This document shows positions 22,032 to 32,442 of a stretch of 50,197 bases of DNA, piece after piece (the stretch's first letter is position 1; every line of letters starts with the position of its first letter). The stretch lies in contig DAHWNL010000035.1 of the NCBI GenBank assembly GCA_027339965.1, positions 1 through 50,197 on the forward strand, read 5' to 3'. The DNA is from Granulicella sp. Its GTDB lineage: Bacteria > Acidobacteriota > Terriglobia > Terriglobales > Acidobacteriaceae. A model generated the notes under the pieces. The model made no database searches, was not told the DNA's origin, and saw only the letters and a list, made by a program, of their open reading frames with translations. Made by a program: the position numbers and the translations under genes.

Positions 22032-22032
22032 A

Positions 22033-22560
22033 TTGATCTTTGCCTTCCAACGTATTTTTGCAAAGAGTCTTGCAAAGAACCCTGGCCCGGACTCTTCGCG
22101 AAGCCCTGTCTCCAAAGCGGGACCCCGCCTCCTGGTCAAGGCGTCCACACCAGCTTTGGTGTTGGCGGTCAGCCTCAGCCTGCCCATTGGCGCTATCCTG
22201 CTGGCTGTGCCCGGAGTTGCCCGCGCCCAGAAGAACGTTCCGCAGGAGCGGATCCTGGAAGGCAGGGTCGTCAACAAGGACGGCGATCCCATCGCCGGCG
22301 CCGTGGTCTATCTCCAGAACTCCGGTTCGGCAGAGATCAAGACGTATATCGCAGACAATGCTGGTAACTACCGCTTCGGCAACCTCTCCCGCGTGGACGA
22401 CTACCAGCTTTGGGCCGAGTCCAACGGCGTTCGCTCCAAATCCCACGGGATCAGCAGCTTCGACGGCTCCAACAAGTTCTATATCGTTCTCAAGGTCAAC
22501 GTCTCCAAGCCCGTCTCCTTGGACGGCCCCGCGGTGACCGGCAGCACCGATCTGCCCTGA
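22033..22560 (+). CDS. Secreted carboxypeptidase-regulatory-like (beta-sandwich) domain protein
   Basis: Signal ending ARAQ, then LEGRVVNKDGDPIAGAVV..DNAGNYRFGNL. Only the 3' part of ORF 21217..22560; TTG start at 22033 is a guess. Confidence 0.75.
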   Translation: MIFAFQRIFAKSLAKNPGPDSSRSPVSKAGPRLLVKASTPALVLAVSLSLPIGAILLAVPGVARAQKNVPQERILEGRVVNKDGDPIAGAVVYLQNSGSAEIKTYIADNAGNYRFGNLSRVDDYQLWAESNGVRSKSHGISSFDGSNKFYIVLKVNVSKPVSLDGPAVTGSTDLP

Positions 22561-22767
22561 TTCTGCCTCGCCCGACGCTCTCCGCTCAAGACTCGCTTCG
22601 TCCGTCTTTGCCAGAAACGAGGTCGATTGGCAAGCGCCAGATGGGATGACGCCAGCTCTCTCTATTCAGCATCCCGGCTACCGGCTCCGCGTGAGAGCGC
22701 CAAAGCCAGCCTTCAGGCTCATCGGAACTGGTTGAGGCGCGGCCGCCGGCGCAGCGAAACCGGATGA

Positions 22768-22800
22768 TTGCGGGCGAATCTTCGGCGAATATAATTCGCC
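22768..22800 (+). promoter_or_regulatory. sigma70-type promoter of dinB with overlapping putative LexA box
   Basis: TTGCGG (22768)-16 nt-TATAAT (22790-22795)-6 nt-ATG; GAAT-N7-GAAT direct repeat and GGCGAAT-ata-ATTCGCC palindrome. Confidence 0.6.
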
Positions 22801-22801
22801 C

Positions 22802-24169
22802 ATGGGCGCCTCGGCTGCAACGGACCTCTACGGCTTTCTCCACGTGGACCTCAACAGCTTCTTCGCCTCCGTGGAGCAGCAACTCCATCCCGAGTACCGC
22901 AACCAGCCCACCGGGGTGGTTCCAACGATAGCCGACACCACCTCTTTGATTGCGGCCAGCTATGAGGCCAAGGCGTTGGGCATCAAGACCGGAACGCGGG
23001 TGCTGGATGCCCGACGGATCTGCCCGGAGATCGTCCTGGTCCACGGCGACCACGCCACCTACGCCGAGTACTCGCATCGAATCGCCGCCGCTGTGGAGCG
23101 CGTCTGCCCCGTGGCCCATACCCCCTCGATCGACGAGATGGTCTGCCAGCTTCTGGGCCGCGAACGCGAGCCCGCCCGCGCTCGGCAAATCGCCGTGGAG
23201 ATCAAGCAAGCCATTCGGGAGGACGTGGGCGAGACATTGCGCTGCTCAATCGGCTTAGCTCCCAATCGCTACCTGGCCAAGATCGCCAGCGATATGCAGA
23301 AGCCCGACGGTCTGGTGGGTCTCCTGCCCAGCGCCCTGCCCGGCTCGATCGCCCATCTGAAGCTGCGCGACCTTCCCGGCGTCGGCGCCCGCACCGAACT
23401 TCGTATGAACGCCAAGGGGGTTCGCACCATGCCCGAGCTGCTGGCGCTGGATCAGGACTCCATGCACCGGCTCTTTGACTCGGTGTGGGGCGACCGGGTC
23501 TACCACTGGCTGCGCGGCAACGATACCGGCGACGACGGCGCGCCCATCCCTTCCGCGGTCCAGAAGTCGCTGGGCCACTCGCACGTGCTGGCTCCCGAGC
23601 ATCGCACCCCGGAGGGCGCGTGGGCCGTAGCCCACAAGCTGCTGCACAAGGCGGCCATGCGCCTGCGCATGGAAAAGTTCTTCTGCGGCTCGATGGCCTT
23701 GACCATCAAGTACGCTCTCAATCATTCCCAGGCGGCCAGCCTGGCTGGCCGTCGGTCCGGCAACCCATCCGGCATTCCGTCCGGGAAGGTAAGGGTCAGA
23801 AAGCATCTGAGCGGCCTGACCGAGAGCGGATGGGGGATGGAGGCGCGTTTTCGTCCCTGCCAGGACACCCTCTCTCTGCTGGAAGCCCTGCAGGGCTGCT
23901 GGAAGCAGGCGCCCACCGGCAGTGAGCACGCCAAGCCCTTCTTTGTGGGCATCACCCTCCGCAGCCTGATTCCCGAGGCGGAGATGCAGGGATCGCTCTT
24001 TGCAGAGCCCGGCAACCGCAAAGAACTCTCGGCCACCATGGACAGGCTCAACCTGAAGTACGGACACACCACGCTGCACTTTGCCGGCATGCTCCCGGCC
24101 CGCGACAGCGCCCCCACCCGCATCGCCTTCACCCAGATTCCGGTGCAGTACGGCCAGGACTACATGTAG
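22802..24169 (+). CDS. dinB: Y-family DNA polymerase (DinB/Pol IV-like)
   Basis: HVDLNSFFASVE, AASYEAK..GIK, SIDE, SIG..PN..LAKIASD.QKPDG, LPGVG. Confidence 0.9.
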   Translation: MGASAATDLYGFLHVDLNSFFASVEQQLHPEYRNQPTGVVPTIADTTSLIAASYEAKALGIKTGTRVLDARRICPEIVLVHGDHATYAEYSHRIAAAVERVCPVAHTPSIDEMVCQLLGREREPARARQIAVEIKQAIREDVGETLRCSIGLAPNRYLAKIASDMQKPDGLVGLLPSALPGSIAHLKLRDLPGVGARTELRMNAKGVRTMPELLALDQDSMHRLFDSVWGDRVYHWLRGNDTGDDGAPIPSAVQKSLGHSHVLAPEHRTPEGAWAVAHKLLHKAAMRLRMEKFFCGSMALTIKYALNHSQAASLAGRRSGNPSGIPSGKVRVRKHLSGLTESGWGMEARFRPCQDTLSLLEALQGCWKQAPTGSEHAKPFFVGITLRSLIPEAEMQGSLFAEPGNRKELSATMDRLNLKYGHTTLHFAGMLPARDSAPTRIAFTQIPVQYGQDYM

Positions 24170-25406
24170 GACCGCGCCGCCGCCGATAGAGCAGATAGAG
24201 AGCGGCCATCGCGAGGAGCCCGGCATAAAACTGCCCTCGAACCAGGTCAGGGACGGGCAGGTGCAGGTACCCCGCGTGGCGCAGCAGATTGGGAGAGCTG
24301 GCGAGAGCCACGATGGACACGAAGAGGCCAAGCAGCGGATAGGACCTGCGGCCGAGGCATTCGTCAAGCACCAGGATGAGCGGCACGACCAGGATCAGGT
24401 AATAGTGGTTCCATGCGATCGGCGCAAAGATCGTGGTGCCGAGCAGGGCAAGGATCGCGCCATAAGGCGCGGTGCTGCCGTCCGCATGAACCTCAAGCCG
24501 GCGGTCAAGGTAAGCGCCCAAGATTGCAGATGCGATAGTGAGACCTGAGCAAAGGAACTTGAGCGCGGCGCCAAGTTGAAGCTCTCGAAAGGTGAGTGCC
24601 TGGGCCTTCGGAGAGACAAGCCCCATCCACCAGGCAGCCATGGACTGATTCCCGCCGGCCAGGAGCAGGACGTTAGAGACACGCGCCATGCTATGCAGAT
24701 AATCGACCGTGGCCGCGCGACCGACGAGGAGCATCGTGGAGACGAAGAGAACCACCGAGGCGAGCACGAAGCTGAGCGCCGCCCTTCTCTGTTTCATCAA
24801 AAGCCAGTAAAGGACGATCGCGGCCGGCGTAATCTTGACCTGGGCGGAGATGGCCAGCAGAATCCCGGCCCAGACAGGGCGGTTCAATCTGGCCAGAAGA
24901 ATCGCAAGTACCGTCAGCAGGACGAAGATTGCGTGCGTCTGGGTAAGCTCCATCGCCTCGCGGAGGGGATCAGCGCGCACCCAGAGAATGGCCATCAGCA
25001 GAACCCACTGCGGCCTGAAAAAACGCGTCGTCCAATACCGTCCCGTGACCCAGATCAAGGCCGCGAAACAGAGGGCCAGAGTGACCTTGAAGAGTTCATT
25101 GAAGGCGGAAAACTGCATGGAACCGCAGAGCGGCTGAAGGACGTAGGGCCAGAGAGGCGTCTGAACAAACGGGACAAGCTGGGTGTTTGCACCGCCGATG
25201 CTCGCCGCTCGCTGCCACGCCGGGTCTGAGATGAGGTTGAACGAGGTCTGGTCGTGGGAGTACAGATGGGAAATCTCACCTGCCCTGATAAGCCGACAGC
25301 TGACGAAGGAGGCAGTGAGGTCGGTTCCGCTGGAGCTGTTAATCTTCAGCAGGGCAAGCACAAAGAGCACAAGGACGAGCGCGATCTGCCAAGTGCTCCT
25401 CTTCAA
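24129..25406 (-). CDS. Glycosyltransferase family 87 / DUF2029 membrane protein (GT-C fold)
   Basis: PFVQTP, WAGILLA..AQVKITP, GNQS, PIAWNHY; many TMs; AAGGAGG before TTG. Confidence 0.8.
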   Translation of the reverse strand: MKRSTWQIALVLVLFVLALLKINSSSGTDLTASFVSCRLIRAGEISHLYSHDQTSFNLISDPAWQRAASIGGANTQLVPFVQTPLWPYVLQPLCGSMQFSAFNELFKVTLALCFAALIWVTGRYWTTRFFRPQWVLLMAILWVRADPLREAMELTQTHAIFVLLTVLAILLARLNRPVWAGILLAISAQVKITPAAIVLYWLLMKQRRAALSFVLASVVLFVSTMLLVGRAATVDYLHSMARVSNVLLLAGGNQSMAAWWMGLVSPKAQALTFRELQLGAALKFLCSGLTIASAILGAYLDRRLEVHADGSTAPYGAILALLGTTIFAPIAWNHYYLILVVPLILVLDECLGRRSYPLLGLFVSIVALASSPNLLRHAGYLHLPVPDLVRGQFYAGLLAMAALYLLYRRRRGPTCSPGRTAPESG

Positions 25407-25558
25407 TGAGATCCCTCCTTGGCCCGCTGATCAGTCTCCGGACTTAAGCTAACGCTGACTCTTGCCCGCGTCTTGTTCCGCAGTTCTCAGCTTCGTTGCC
25501 GTCAGCATAGCAAATCAAAGACCGAAGTATGGTCGACAAAGAGATCGGAGCCTCGGAT

Positions 25559-27238
25559 CTAATGAGATCTGCTTCGGTTGCAGGTCCATGCGTCGTAGAT
25601 CCCATCCGTTTGGTCAATGCTGTAGTTGGCGAGAAATGCGCTCCGCAGGCTGTCGGGGAGGACCCAGAGGTCAAAGGGCGCTTGTGCGTGCGGCACCAGC
25701 CAGACGTCATCCCTGCAATGCTCCATTCGCCGGAGAACATCAATCGGAAATGGCAGGAGCCGGGTCTCGAACCGTCCTGTATTGCCCTCAATGGTATAGG
25801 GCTGGCCTCGATAAACCAGGATGTAACGCAACTCCGAGCGGTAGTCCCAAGCGATGGAACCGTAGCCCATCTGGATCGATGAACGATCCCCGTAGATGCT
25901 GAGATATCGGTCGATCGCTTGCTGTGCTGCCTCCAAGCCCTGCGGCATCCGCGACAGCTTGAGTTGCTGCCATGCCCGCGGAAGATTGACGCATGCAAAC
26001 AGCGCACAGGCCACGGCGATCAGGTAAACAGGAACAACCCGATCCCTGTCCGCGGGACCCTTGAAATCTCTGCATGCGATCGCAAGATAAACAACGATGG
26101 AGGGCACGATATGCCAAAAATAATGCGGATCGGAGCCGGCTTTTGACGTCAGCAGCGCAAGCAGGAGGCAAAGCAGAAGAACCAGGAGCTCTGGAAGCCT
26201 CGGCCGGAGGCTGCATCCAAACCTGCGCAGGAAAACCTCCATCAAGACACAGGGCGCAACCAAAAATAGAGTGAACAGCAGATTCAACCGCAGGCTCCCC
26301 GCGGTGAGGCCCTCTGAGCGCATGTAGAAAATCCATGCAACATAGTTGTGCAAGGAGATGTTGTGCAGAGCAAACGGCGCCAGCGCGCCGGCGGTCATGA
26401 TCAGCACCGTGCCTGCCGAGGCGCGCAGCCCGAACTTCCGATAGAGAATAAGAAGCGGAAAGAAGATAGCCGAAGCTGCCGTGATCTTGAGATCAACGAT
26501 CAGGCTCCCCATGATCCCCGTAAGGAAGACGGCGGCAAGCTCTTCCTCGATGTAGCTGCAAAGGATGGCGAGCGCAGCAAAGAGGATGATCCATATATCC
26601 GAGCGCGCTGAGAGCGAGTCTTCCGTATGTTGCAGGAGAATGCTCAGGGGAAACGTGAGCAGAGCGACGGCTGCGCCCGGTGAGACGAACTTGCGCAGCA
26701 GACGATAGAGCGCCGCGCATAGACCAAGATTGGCGGTGACCACAAAACAACGAATGACCCAGAAGTGTTCCACTCCACCGATCACCAGAGCAAGGCGATA
26801 GATGAGAAACGTAACCGGGCCGTACATGAGCGAGTAGCACGACTCAGGCGACCTCGGTGGTTGATACATGGGCAGCCCGCGAAGCGCCGCTGCCGAGACG
26901 CCCAGGATATTGGCTTCGTCCAACTGCATCATGAAGCAACGCAGGGAGGAAAGGACAATCGCCAGATAGGCGAAGAGGACCAAAAGCCCGGCCCCAAATG
27001 CCATGCGACGCAACAGGGCCGAACGGTCTCGCGGAGGGCCAAGAGAAAGCAGAACGAGGCCAAACCCCGCGAGCAGACACCCTGCCAGGAACCACGCCAG
27101 CGGAAGCTCTCTTAAAAACTTCAAGAAGGTCACGCTTCTATGATACGAACTGGTTGAGACCGACACACCCTCCCGTTCCAACCTGAGCACTCCATTCCGC
27201 ACGCAAGGCTCCGTTGCAGGTGGCGACGCATGAACCAT
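25559..27238 (-). CDS. Polytopic membrane protein, possibly GT-C (ArnT/PMT-like) glycosyltransferase
   Basis: More than 10 hydrophobic segments; loop DE motif followed by YGP; RSD and K motifs; soluble C-terminus. Start uncertain. Confidence 0.65.
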   Translation of the reverse strand: MVHASPPATEPCVRNGVLRLEREGVSVSTSSYHRSVTFLKFLRELPLAWFLAGCLLAGFGLVLLSLGPPRDRSALLRRMAFGAGLLVLFAYLAIVLSSLRCFMMQLDEANILGVSAAALRGLPMYQPPRSPESCYSLMYGPVTFLIYRLALVIGGVEHFWVIRCFVVTANLGLCAALYRLLRKFVSPGAAVALLTFPLSILLQHTEDSLSARSDIWIILFAALAILCSYIEEELAAVFLTGIMGSLIVDLKITAASAIFFPLLILYRKFGLRASAGTVLIMTAGALAPFALHNISLHNYVAWIFYMRSEGLTAGSLRLNLLFTLFLVAPCVLMEVFLRRFGCSLRPRLPELLVLLLCLLLALLTSKAGSDPHYFWHIVPSIVVYLAIACRDFKGPADRDRVVPVYLIAVACALFACVNLPRAWQQLKLSRMPQGLEAAQQAIDRYLSIYGDRSSIQMGYGSIAWDYRSELRYILVYRGQPYTIEGNTGRFETRLLPFPIDVLRRMEHCRDDVWLVPHAQAPFDLWVLPDSLRSAFLANYSIDQTDGIYDAWTCNRSRSH

Positions 27239-27440
27239 CCGTCGCCGAGGCTGGCCCGGCGCCGCAAGACATCTCGCCGACTAGCCGGAATGCGATCGCT
27301 GTGTCAGCATGGACGTTCTCCCGGTTCCTTTCGATACTATTATGGAGGCGTGATGAGAGCGAGACCCGGTCCTGCCCGACTCGACGTCGTTGCGACCCGG
27401 CAGAGAGGGGACTTCACTGCGAGATGAGGCCTCAACGCTG

Positions 27441-28292
27441 ATGAAGGCCGCGAACCCGCCCTACATCGGCCGTCTGGCGCCATCGCCCACCGGGCTGCTC
27501 CACCTTGGGCACGCGCGCACTTTCTACATCGCGCACCAGCGCGCACGCTCCGCGCACGGCATTCTCTACCTGCGTGACGAAGATCTGGATGGGCAGCGCT
27601 CCCGCCCGGAGTTCTCTGCCGCCATGCGCGAAGACCTACTCTGGCTTGGCCTGCGCTGGGACGCCGAACTTCGCCAGAGCGAGCGGCTTCCGCTCTACCG
27701 CGCGGCTCTCGACCGGCTCCTGGCCGCGGGCCTGGCTTACCCCTGCACCTGCTCACGGCGCGATCTTGCAGCCGCCACGCAGGCTCCGCATGAAGACTCC
27801 GCAGCCGCGCCCGAGGATGACGAGCCGATCTACAACAATCGCTGCCGTCCGTCCAAGGCTTCTCCAGCGAACACTTTCGTTTCCGGCCGCAACTACCGCT
27901 TCCGCACCCCCGATCGCACGGAAGTCGCCTTCATCGACCATCACGCCGGTCCACAATCCTTCACCACTTCGTTAGACTTCGGCGATTTTCTGATCTGGCG
28001 CAAGGCGCCTGACGGCGACGGCTGCGGCCTGCCCAGCTATCAGCTTGCCTGCGTCGTCGACGACGCCCTTACCGGCATCACCGAGGTGGTTCGGGGCGGC
28101 GATCTGCTGAAATCCACCGCGCGCCAGATTCTGCTGCAGCGGGCTCTCGGTTATCCGACTCCCGGCTACTTCCATTGCGAGCTGTTGCGCGACAACACCG
28201 GCGTGCGCCTGGCCAAACGCCACGATGCTTTGGCTCTGCGTACCCTGCGCACAAGAGGCGTGACGCCAGCTGAGATTCTGGCAATGTTCTGA
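27441..28292 (+). CDS. gluQ: tRNA glutamyl-Q(34) synthetase GluQRS
   Basis: RLAPSPTGLLHLGH, YPCTCSR, YQLACVVDD...VVRGGDLL, RLAKR; lacks the GluRS anticodon domain. Confidence 0.9.
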   Translation: MKAANPPYIGRLAPSPTGLLHLGHARTFYIAHQRARSAHGILYLRDEDLDGQRSRPEFSAAMREDLLWLGLRWDAELRQSERLPLYRAALDRLLAAGLAYPCTCSRRDLAAATQAPHEDSAAAPEDDEPIYNNRCRPSKASPANTFVSGRNYRFRTPDRTEVAFIDHHAGPQSFTTSLDFGDFLIWRKAPDGDGCGLPSYQLACVVDDALTGITEVVRGGDLLKSTARQILLQRALGYPTPGYFHCELLRDNTGVRLAKRHDALALRTLRTRGVTPAEILAMF

Positions 28293-28389
28293 TCCAGCCG
28301 CTGCTCAGCCTGGCGGTTCAGCCGGAGCACGGGAGAATGCGGCAGCTCTCCTCCCTTGCCACTGTAGGCCTTTCCCCTCTGCGCAAGCG

Positions 28390-30813
28390 CTATCTCCCCG
28401 TCCTGTAGGCCTTCAAGATCTGGTCGTAGGATGTGGGCACATAGTCCTTTGGCGGCACTCCCCCAGCCAGGTGCTTCACAAAATAATCCCACCTGCGCCG
28501 CATCACATACGGTTCATCCCGCGCATAGCCGTGATGCCTGTTGGGCAGCAGGAGCATGTCGAAGTTCTTGTTGGCCTCGATCAGCGCGTTGACCACCAGC
28601 AAGGTATTGTTGGGTGGAACGTTGTCGTCCATCGTGCCATGAACCAGCATCAGGCGGCCCTTCAGGTTGGCCGCATAGTTCTCATTGGCCTGGGCGTTAT
28701 AGTTGTCGGCGCCATCCGGACCGATGGTCTCCAGCCCCGCCCAGCGCTCATCCCAGTCATCCTCATACTCCCGTTGGTCGTGGTTGCCGCTCTCAGCCCA
28801 TCCCACTTTGAAGAAGTCGGGAAAGTGGAACATGGCGGACACGGTTGCATTGCCTCCGCCGGAGTGTCCGGTGATGCCGACCCGGTTCAGATCGATCCAT
28901 GCATCGCGCGACGCCAGATCCTTGATCCCAGAGACCTGATCCGGGATCGTGTCATCTCCCATCTCCGCCGGGCTGGAGGCGTGGGCGTCGTGGAAGCTCT
29001 TGGAACGATGTGGATTGCCCATTCCATCGATGCACACTACCACAAAGCCAAGCTCGGCCATGGACTGTAGATCGCCGCGCGCGGCCTCGAATCCTGGCGG
29101 TCCAAAGACGGAGCACGAGCCATCCTGCGGCCCGGGATAGACATAATCAATCACCGGATACTTTTTGGCGGGATCAAAGTCCGTCGGCCGGAAGAGCAAT
29201 CCGTAGAGCGGCGTCACGCCATCGCGCGCCTTTACCTGGATGCGCAGAGGTGGCTTCCAACCCGTGGCCAGTAGCTGGGAAATGTCCTGGTGGGCCAGGG
29301 TCACCAGCACGTTGCCGTTCCTTCCATCGCGCAGCACAGCGGTCTGCGGCGTGCTCACCGTCGAGTACACGTCCACAAAGGTGTTTCCATCGGCAGGCGC
29401 CGTGATCTGGTGGGTCGCGTTCTCCGGCGTCAGCAGCGTCTGCTGCGTGCCGTCCAGATTCACCCGGAAGTAGTTCACGTAGTAGGGATCCTCGCCTGCT
29501 ACCTTGTTGGTTGCGGTGAACCACATGACGCCGGCCTTTTCGTCCACGGCTTTGATCGCAGCCACCGGGCCGTCGCCGCTCGTCACCTGGTTGACCAGCG
29601 CGCCGCTCTTCAAGTCGTAAAGGTAGTACTGCGCCCAGTTGCTGCGCTCGCTGGCCCAGAGAAACTCATTGCGACTCCACAACACCTTCCAGTCGGTGGT
29701 TGCCTGCCAGCCATAGTAGGTGTCCACATGCTCGTGATAGATCGGTTTGACCTTTCCTGTGGAGGTGTCGGCCATCTGCACCCACTCATCCTTGTGGTCG
29801 CGCGAGGTGGAGACAAACGCCAGCCTGCCGTCATCCGGAGAAAACTCCACGTCGTTCCAGCGGCCGTCGCCATCGCAGCTCACGTCATCGCACTCCATGC
29901 TGCGATGCTCCAGCGGGGGAGTCTTGAGACGGACCACCTTGTCCGTGGCCACGTCGATCACCACCGGCTCGATCAGGGTGACGTCCTTGTCTCCCACCAG
30001 AGGATAGCGCCACGCCACCAGCTGGGGATGGCGGTTGGTGACCGGCACCAGATACATCATCCCGGTCTTGCGCTGGTCCTGTTGAAAGGTGGCAATCTTC
30101 TTTGAATCTGCCGACCAGGTGAGAATCGCTCCATCGGAGTGCTGCCAGCCGGCGTTGTCCGTAGCATAGCCGAAGTCCGGCACGCCGTCGGTAGTCAGCG
30201 GCCTTTCCTGGCCAGTGGCCACCACCCGCACCCAAAGGTTGTTGTCCCGGATGAACGCCGCCAGCTTGCCGTCGGGAGACAGGTTGGCCTGACCCCTGGG
30301 GTAGCGCGCCATGCCGTTGGGCGAGGCTCCGGCCGGGCTGGCCAGCTTTGGCTCCTGTTGGCAGGTGGTAACCGTCTGATTGCAGTCAAAGACGCCTTCG
30401 CTGGTGGTTACGGAGAAGCCACCCGTGGGCAGCTTCGCAAAGCGCAGAACCCCGAGATGGTTGGCATCCACTGGAGCGGTCTGCTGTGCCGCGTGAGCCA
30501 AACGCATCGCCGCGTTGATCGCCGCGGCCAGCTTGGCATTGTCGAAGGCCAGAGCTACGGTGCGGCTGGCCGGGTCGGCGATTCGATACACCGTTCCCTT
30601 CGCTCCGGGGTCGCGATAGAATAGCGTCCCGTCAGCCATGTAGGCCACCCCACCGATGGTATGGTGCACCAGCTCGTTCACGTTGTAGAACATCCAACGC
30701 TCGGCCTGCGCGTAGTCTTGCTTGGTGTACACCTTTTGCGCTGCCGCGGGCAGGACAGCGCCTGCTCCGGCGGCCAACCAGCCGGCGATCTTCAAATAAC
30801 GGCAAATTGACAT
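28390..30813 (-). CDS. S9 family dipeptidyl-peptidase IV-like protein, secreted
   Basis: Signal peptide, DPP IV N-terminal propeller (LSPDGK..AFIRDNNLW), GHSGGG, HGTMDDNV, HGY. Confidence 0.92.
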   Translation of the reverse strand: MSICRYLKIAGWLAAGAGAVLPAAAQKVYTKQDYAQAERWMFYNVNELVHHTIGGVAYMADGTLFYRDPGAKGTVYRIADPASRTVALAFDNAKLAAAINAAMRLAHAAQQTAPVDANHLGVLRFAKLPTGGFSVTTSEGVFDCNQTVTTCQQEPKLASPAGASPNGMARYPRGQANLSPDGKLAAFIRDNNLWVRVVATGQERPLTTDGVPDFGYATDNAGWQHSDGAILTWSADSKKIATFQQDQRKTGMMYLVPVTNRHPQLVAWRYPLVGDKDVTLIEPVVIDVATDKVVRLKTPPLEHRSMECDDVSCDGDGRWNDVEFSPDDGRLAFVSTSRDHKDEWVQMADTSTGKVKPIYHEHVDTYYGWQATTDWKVLWSRNEFLWASERSNWAQYYLYDLKSGALVNQVTSGDGPVAAIKAVDEKAGVMWFTATNKVAGEDPYYVNYFRVNLDGTQQTLLTPENATHQITAPADGNTFVDVYSTVSTPQTAVLRDGRNGNVLVTLAHQDISQLLATGWKPPLRIQVKARDGVTPLYGLLFRPTDFDPAKKYPVIDYVYPGPQDGSCSVFGPPGFEAARGDLQSMAELGFVVVCIDGMGNPHRSKSFHDAHASSPAEMGDDTIPDQVSGIKDLASRDAWIDLNRVGITGHSGGGNATVSAMFHFPDFFKVGWAESGNHDQREYEDDWDERWAGLETIGPDGADNYNAQANENYAANLKGRLMLVHGTMDDNVPPNNTLLVVNALIEANKNFDMLLLPNRHHGYARDEPYVMRRRWDYFVKHLAGGVPPKDYVPTSYDQILKAYRTGR

Positions 30814-30980
30814 GGCAGGGATCATCCTCCTCGGAAGGGTCTTTTTATGCACACAACTGTCCCCTCAGCCTATTGCAAAATCGTCCCAGCGGCGAGACCC
30901 CGAACGCAGATTCTGGAGGAAGGTCCGGGAGGCGGTCGATTCTCATCGAAGCCTCCATCGTAACCAGGATTGTCTTTGGC

Positions 30981-31019
30981 AAAAAAGACGCGCGCCACGG
31001 GGTTACCGTGGAGCGCGCG
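30981..31019 (-). terminator. Intrinsic terminator after icd
   Basis: Minus strand CGCGCGCTCCACGG-TAACC-CCGTGGCGCGCG followed by TCTTTTTT, about 22 nt after the icd stop. Confidence 0.75.
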
Positions 31020-31041
31020 GTTGCATCGACGGATACCGATG

Positions 31042-32442
31042 TTACATGTTCTCGATCATGCGAGTGGCGAACTGGCTGGTCTTCACCTTTGTCGCACCCT
31101 GCATCTGGCGCTCAAAGTCATAGGTGACATACTTCTGCTCGATCGTCTTGGCCATCGACGACTCGATCAGACGGGCTGCCTCATGCCAGCCCAGGAAGTC
31201 GAACATCATCACGCCGGAGAGAATCACCGATCCCGGGTTGATCACGTCCAGATCCGCATACTTGGGGGCGGTTCCGTGGGTCGCCTCAAAGACCGCATAG
31301 CCGTCGCCGATGTTGGCGCCGGGAGCGATGCCCAGGCCGCCCACCTGAGCCGCCGCCGCGTCGGAGAGATAGTCGCCGTTGAGGTTGGTGGTGGCCAGCA
31401 CGCTGTACTCGGAGGGACGGGTGACCACCTGCTGGAAGATCGAATCCGCGATGCGGTCATTCACCATCAGCTTCTTCTTCCACTGGCCGTTGCCGTGGGT
31501 GGCTCCGATCTTGGCAATCGCATCCTTCACCTCCTGCACCACGGAGTCCTGGAACTCCTTGGCCGCAAAGCCAAGACCCGGCTCGATCATCTCTGCATTT
31601 TGCTCCGGCGTCAGTTTAGGGTTGGCTTCCAGGTTGCCCAGGATCCAGCTCTCGCGTTCGGTCACCGTCTCATTGCGGAACTCCTGCGTGGCTACCTCGT
31701 AGCCCCACTCGCGGAACGCCCCTTCTGTGAACTTCTGGATGTTGCCCTTATGCACCAGGGTGACCGTCTTGCGGCCTTCCGCCAGGGCGAACTTGATCGC
31801 CGCGCGCACCAGCCGCTTGGATCCTGTCACGGAGATCGGCTTGATGCCGACTCCGGAGTCCAGACGAATCTGCTTTTTGCCTCCTTTGAGCATATCGCCG
31901 TTGAGGAACTGGATCACCTTGGCCGCCTCCGGCGTTCCCTGCTGGAACTCGATGCCGGCATAGATGTCCTCCGTATTCTCGCGGAAGAGCACGATGTTCA
32001 TGAGTTCGGGATGCTTCACCGGACTGGGCACGCCAGGATAGTACTTCACTGGCCGCACGCACTGGTACAGGTCCATCAACTGCCGCAGGGCCACATTCAG
32101 GCTGCGGATGCCGCCACCTACCGGAGTCGTCAGCGGTCCTTTGATCGAAACCCGAAAGGCTACGGTCGCCTTCACCGTGTCCTCCGGCAGCCAGTTCTTT
32201 GTCTGGGCAAAGGCCTTCTCCCCAGCAAGCACCTCAAACCACCTCACCTTGCGCTTGCCGCCATACGCCTTCTCCACCGCCGCATTGAAGACCCGCTCGG
32301 AGGCCTTCCAGATGTCGCGGCCCGTGCCGTCGCCCTCGATAAAGGGAATAATCGGGTTGTCCGGCACAAGGTACTTCCCGTCCTTGTACTCGATGGCCTG
32401 GCCGTCCTGCGGCACAGCAATTCCGTTGTAGCTTGTCTGCAT
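31042..32442 (-). CDS. icd: NADP-dependent isocitrate dehydrogenase
   Basis: [47 protein letters not shown] (KY typical of NADP-specific forms). Confidence 0.96.
   Translation of the reverse strand: MQTSYNGIAVPQDGQAIEYKDGKYLVPDNPIIPFIEGDGTGRDIWKASERVFNAAVEKAYGGKRKVRWFEVLAGEKAFAQTKNWLPEDTVKATVAFRVSIKGPLTTPVGGGIRSLNVALRQLMDLYQCVRPVKYYPGVPSPVKHPELMNIVLFRENTEDIYAGIEFQQGTPEAAKVIQFLNGDMLKGGKKQIRLDSGVGIKPISVTGSKRLVRAAIKFALAEGRKTVTLVHKGNIQKFTEGAFREWGYEVATQEFRNETVTERESWILGNLEANPKLTPEQNAEMIEPGLGFAAKEFQDSVVQEVKDAIAKIGATHGNGQWKKKLMVNDRIADSIFQQVVTRPSEYSVLATTNLNGDYLSDAAAAQVGGLGIAPGANIGDGYAVFEATHGTAPKYADLDVINPGSVILSGVMMFDFLGWHEAARLIESSMAKTIEQKYVTYDFERQMQGATKVKTSQFATRMIENM

Noticed and set aside
21217..22032. 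5' part of the 447-aa ORF 21217..22560
   Set aside because: Overlaps the rhomboid-like gene and the LysW-like gene; only the 3' part looks like a real protein.
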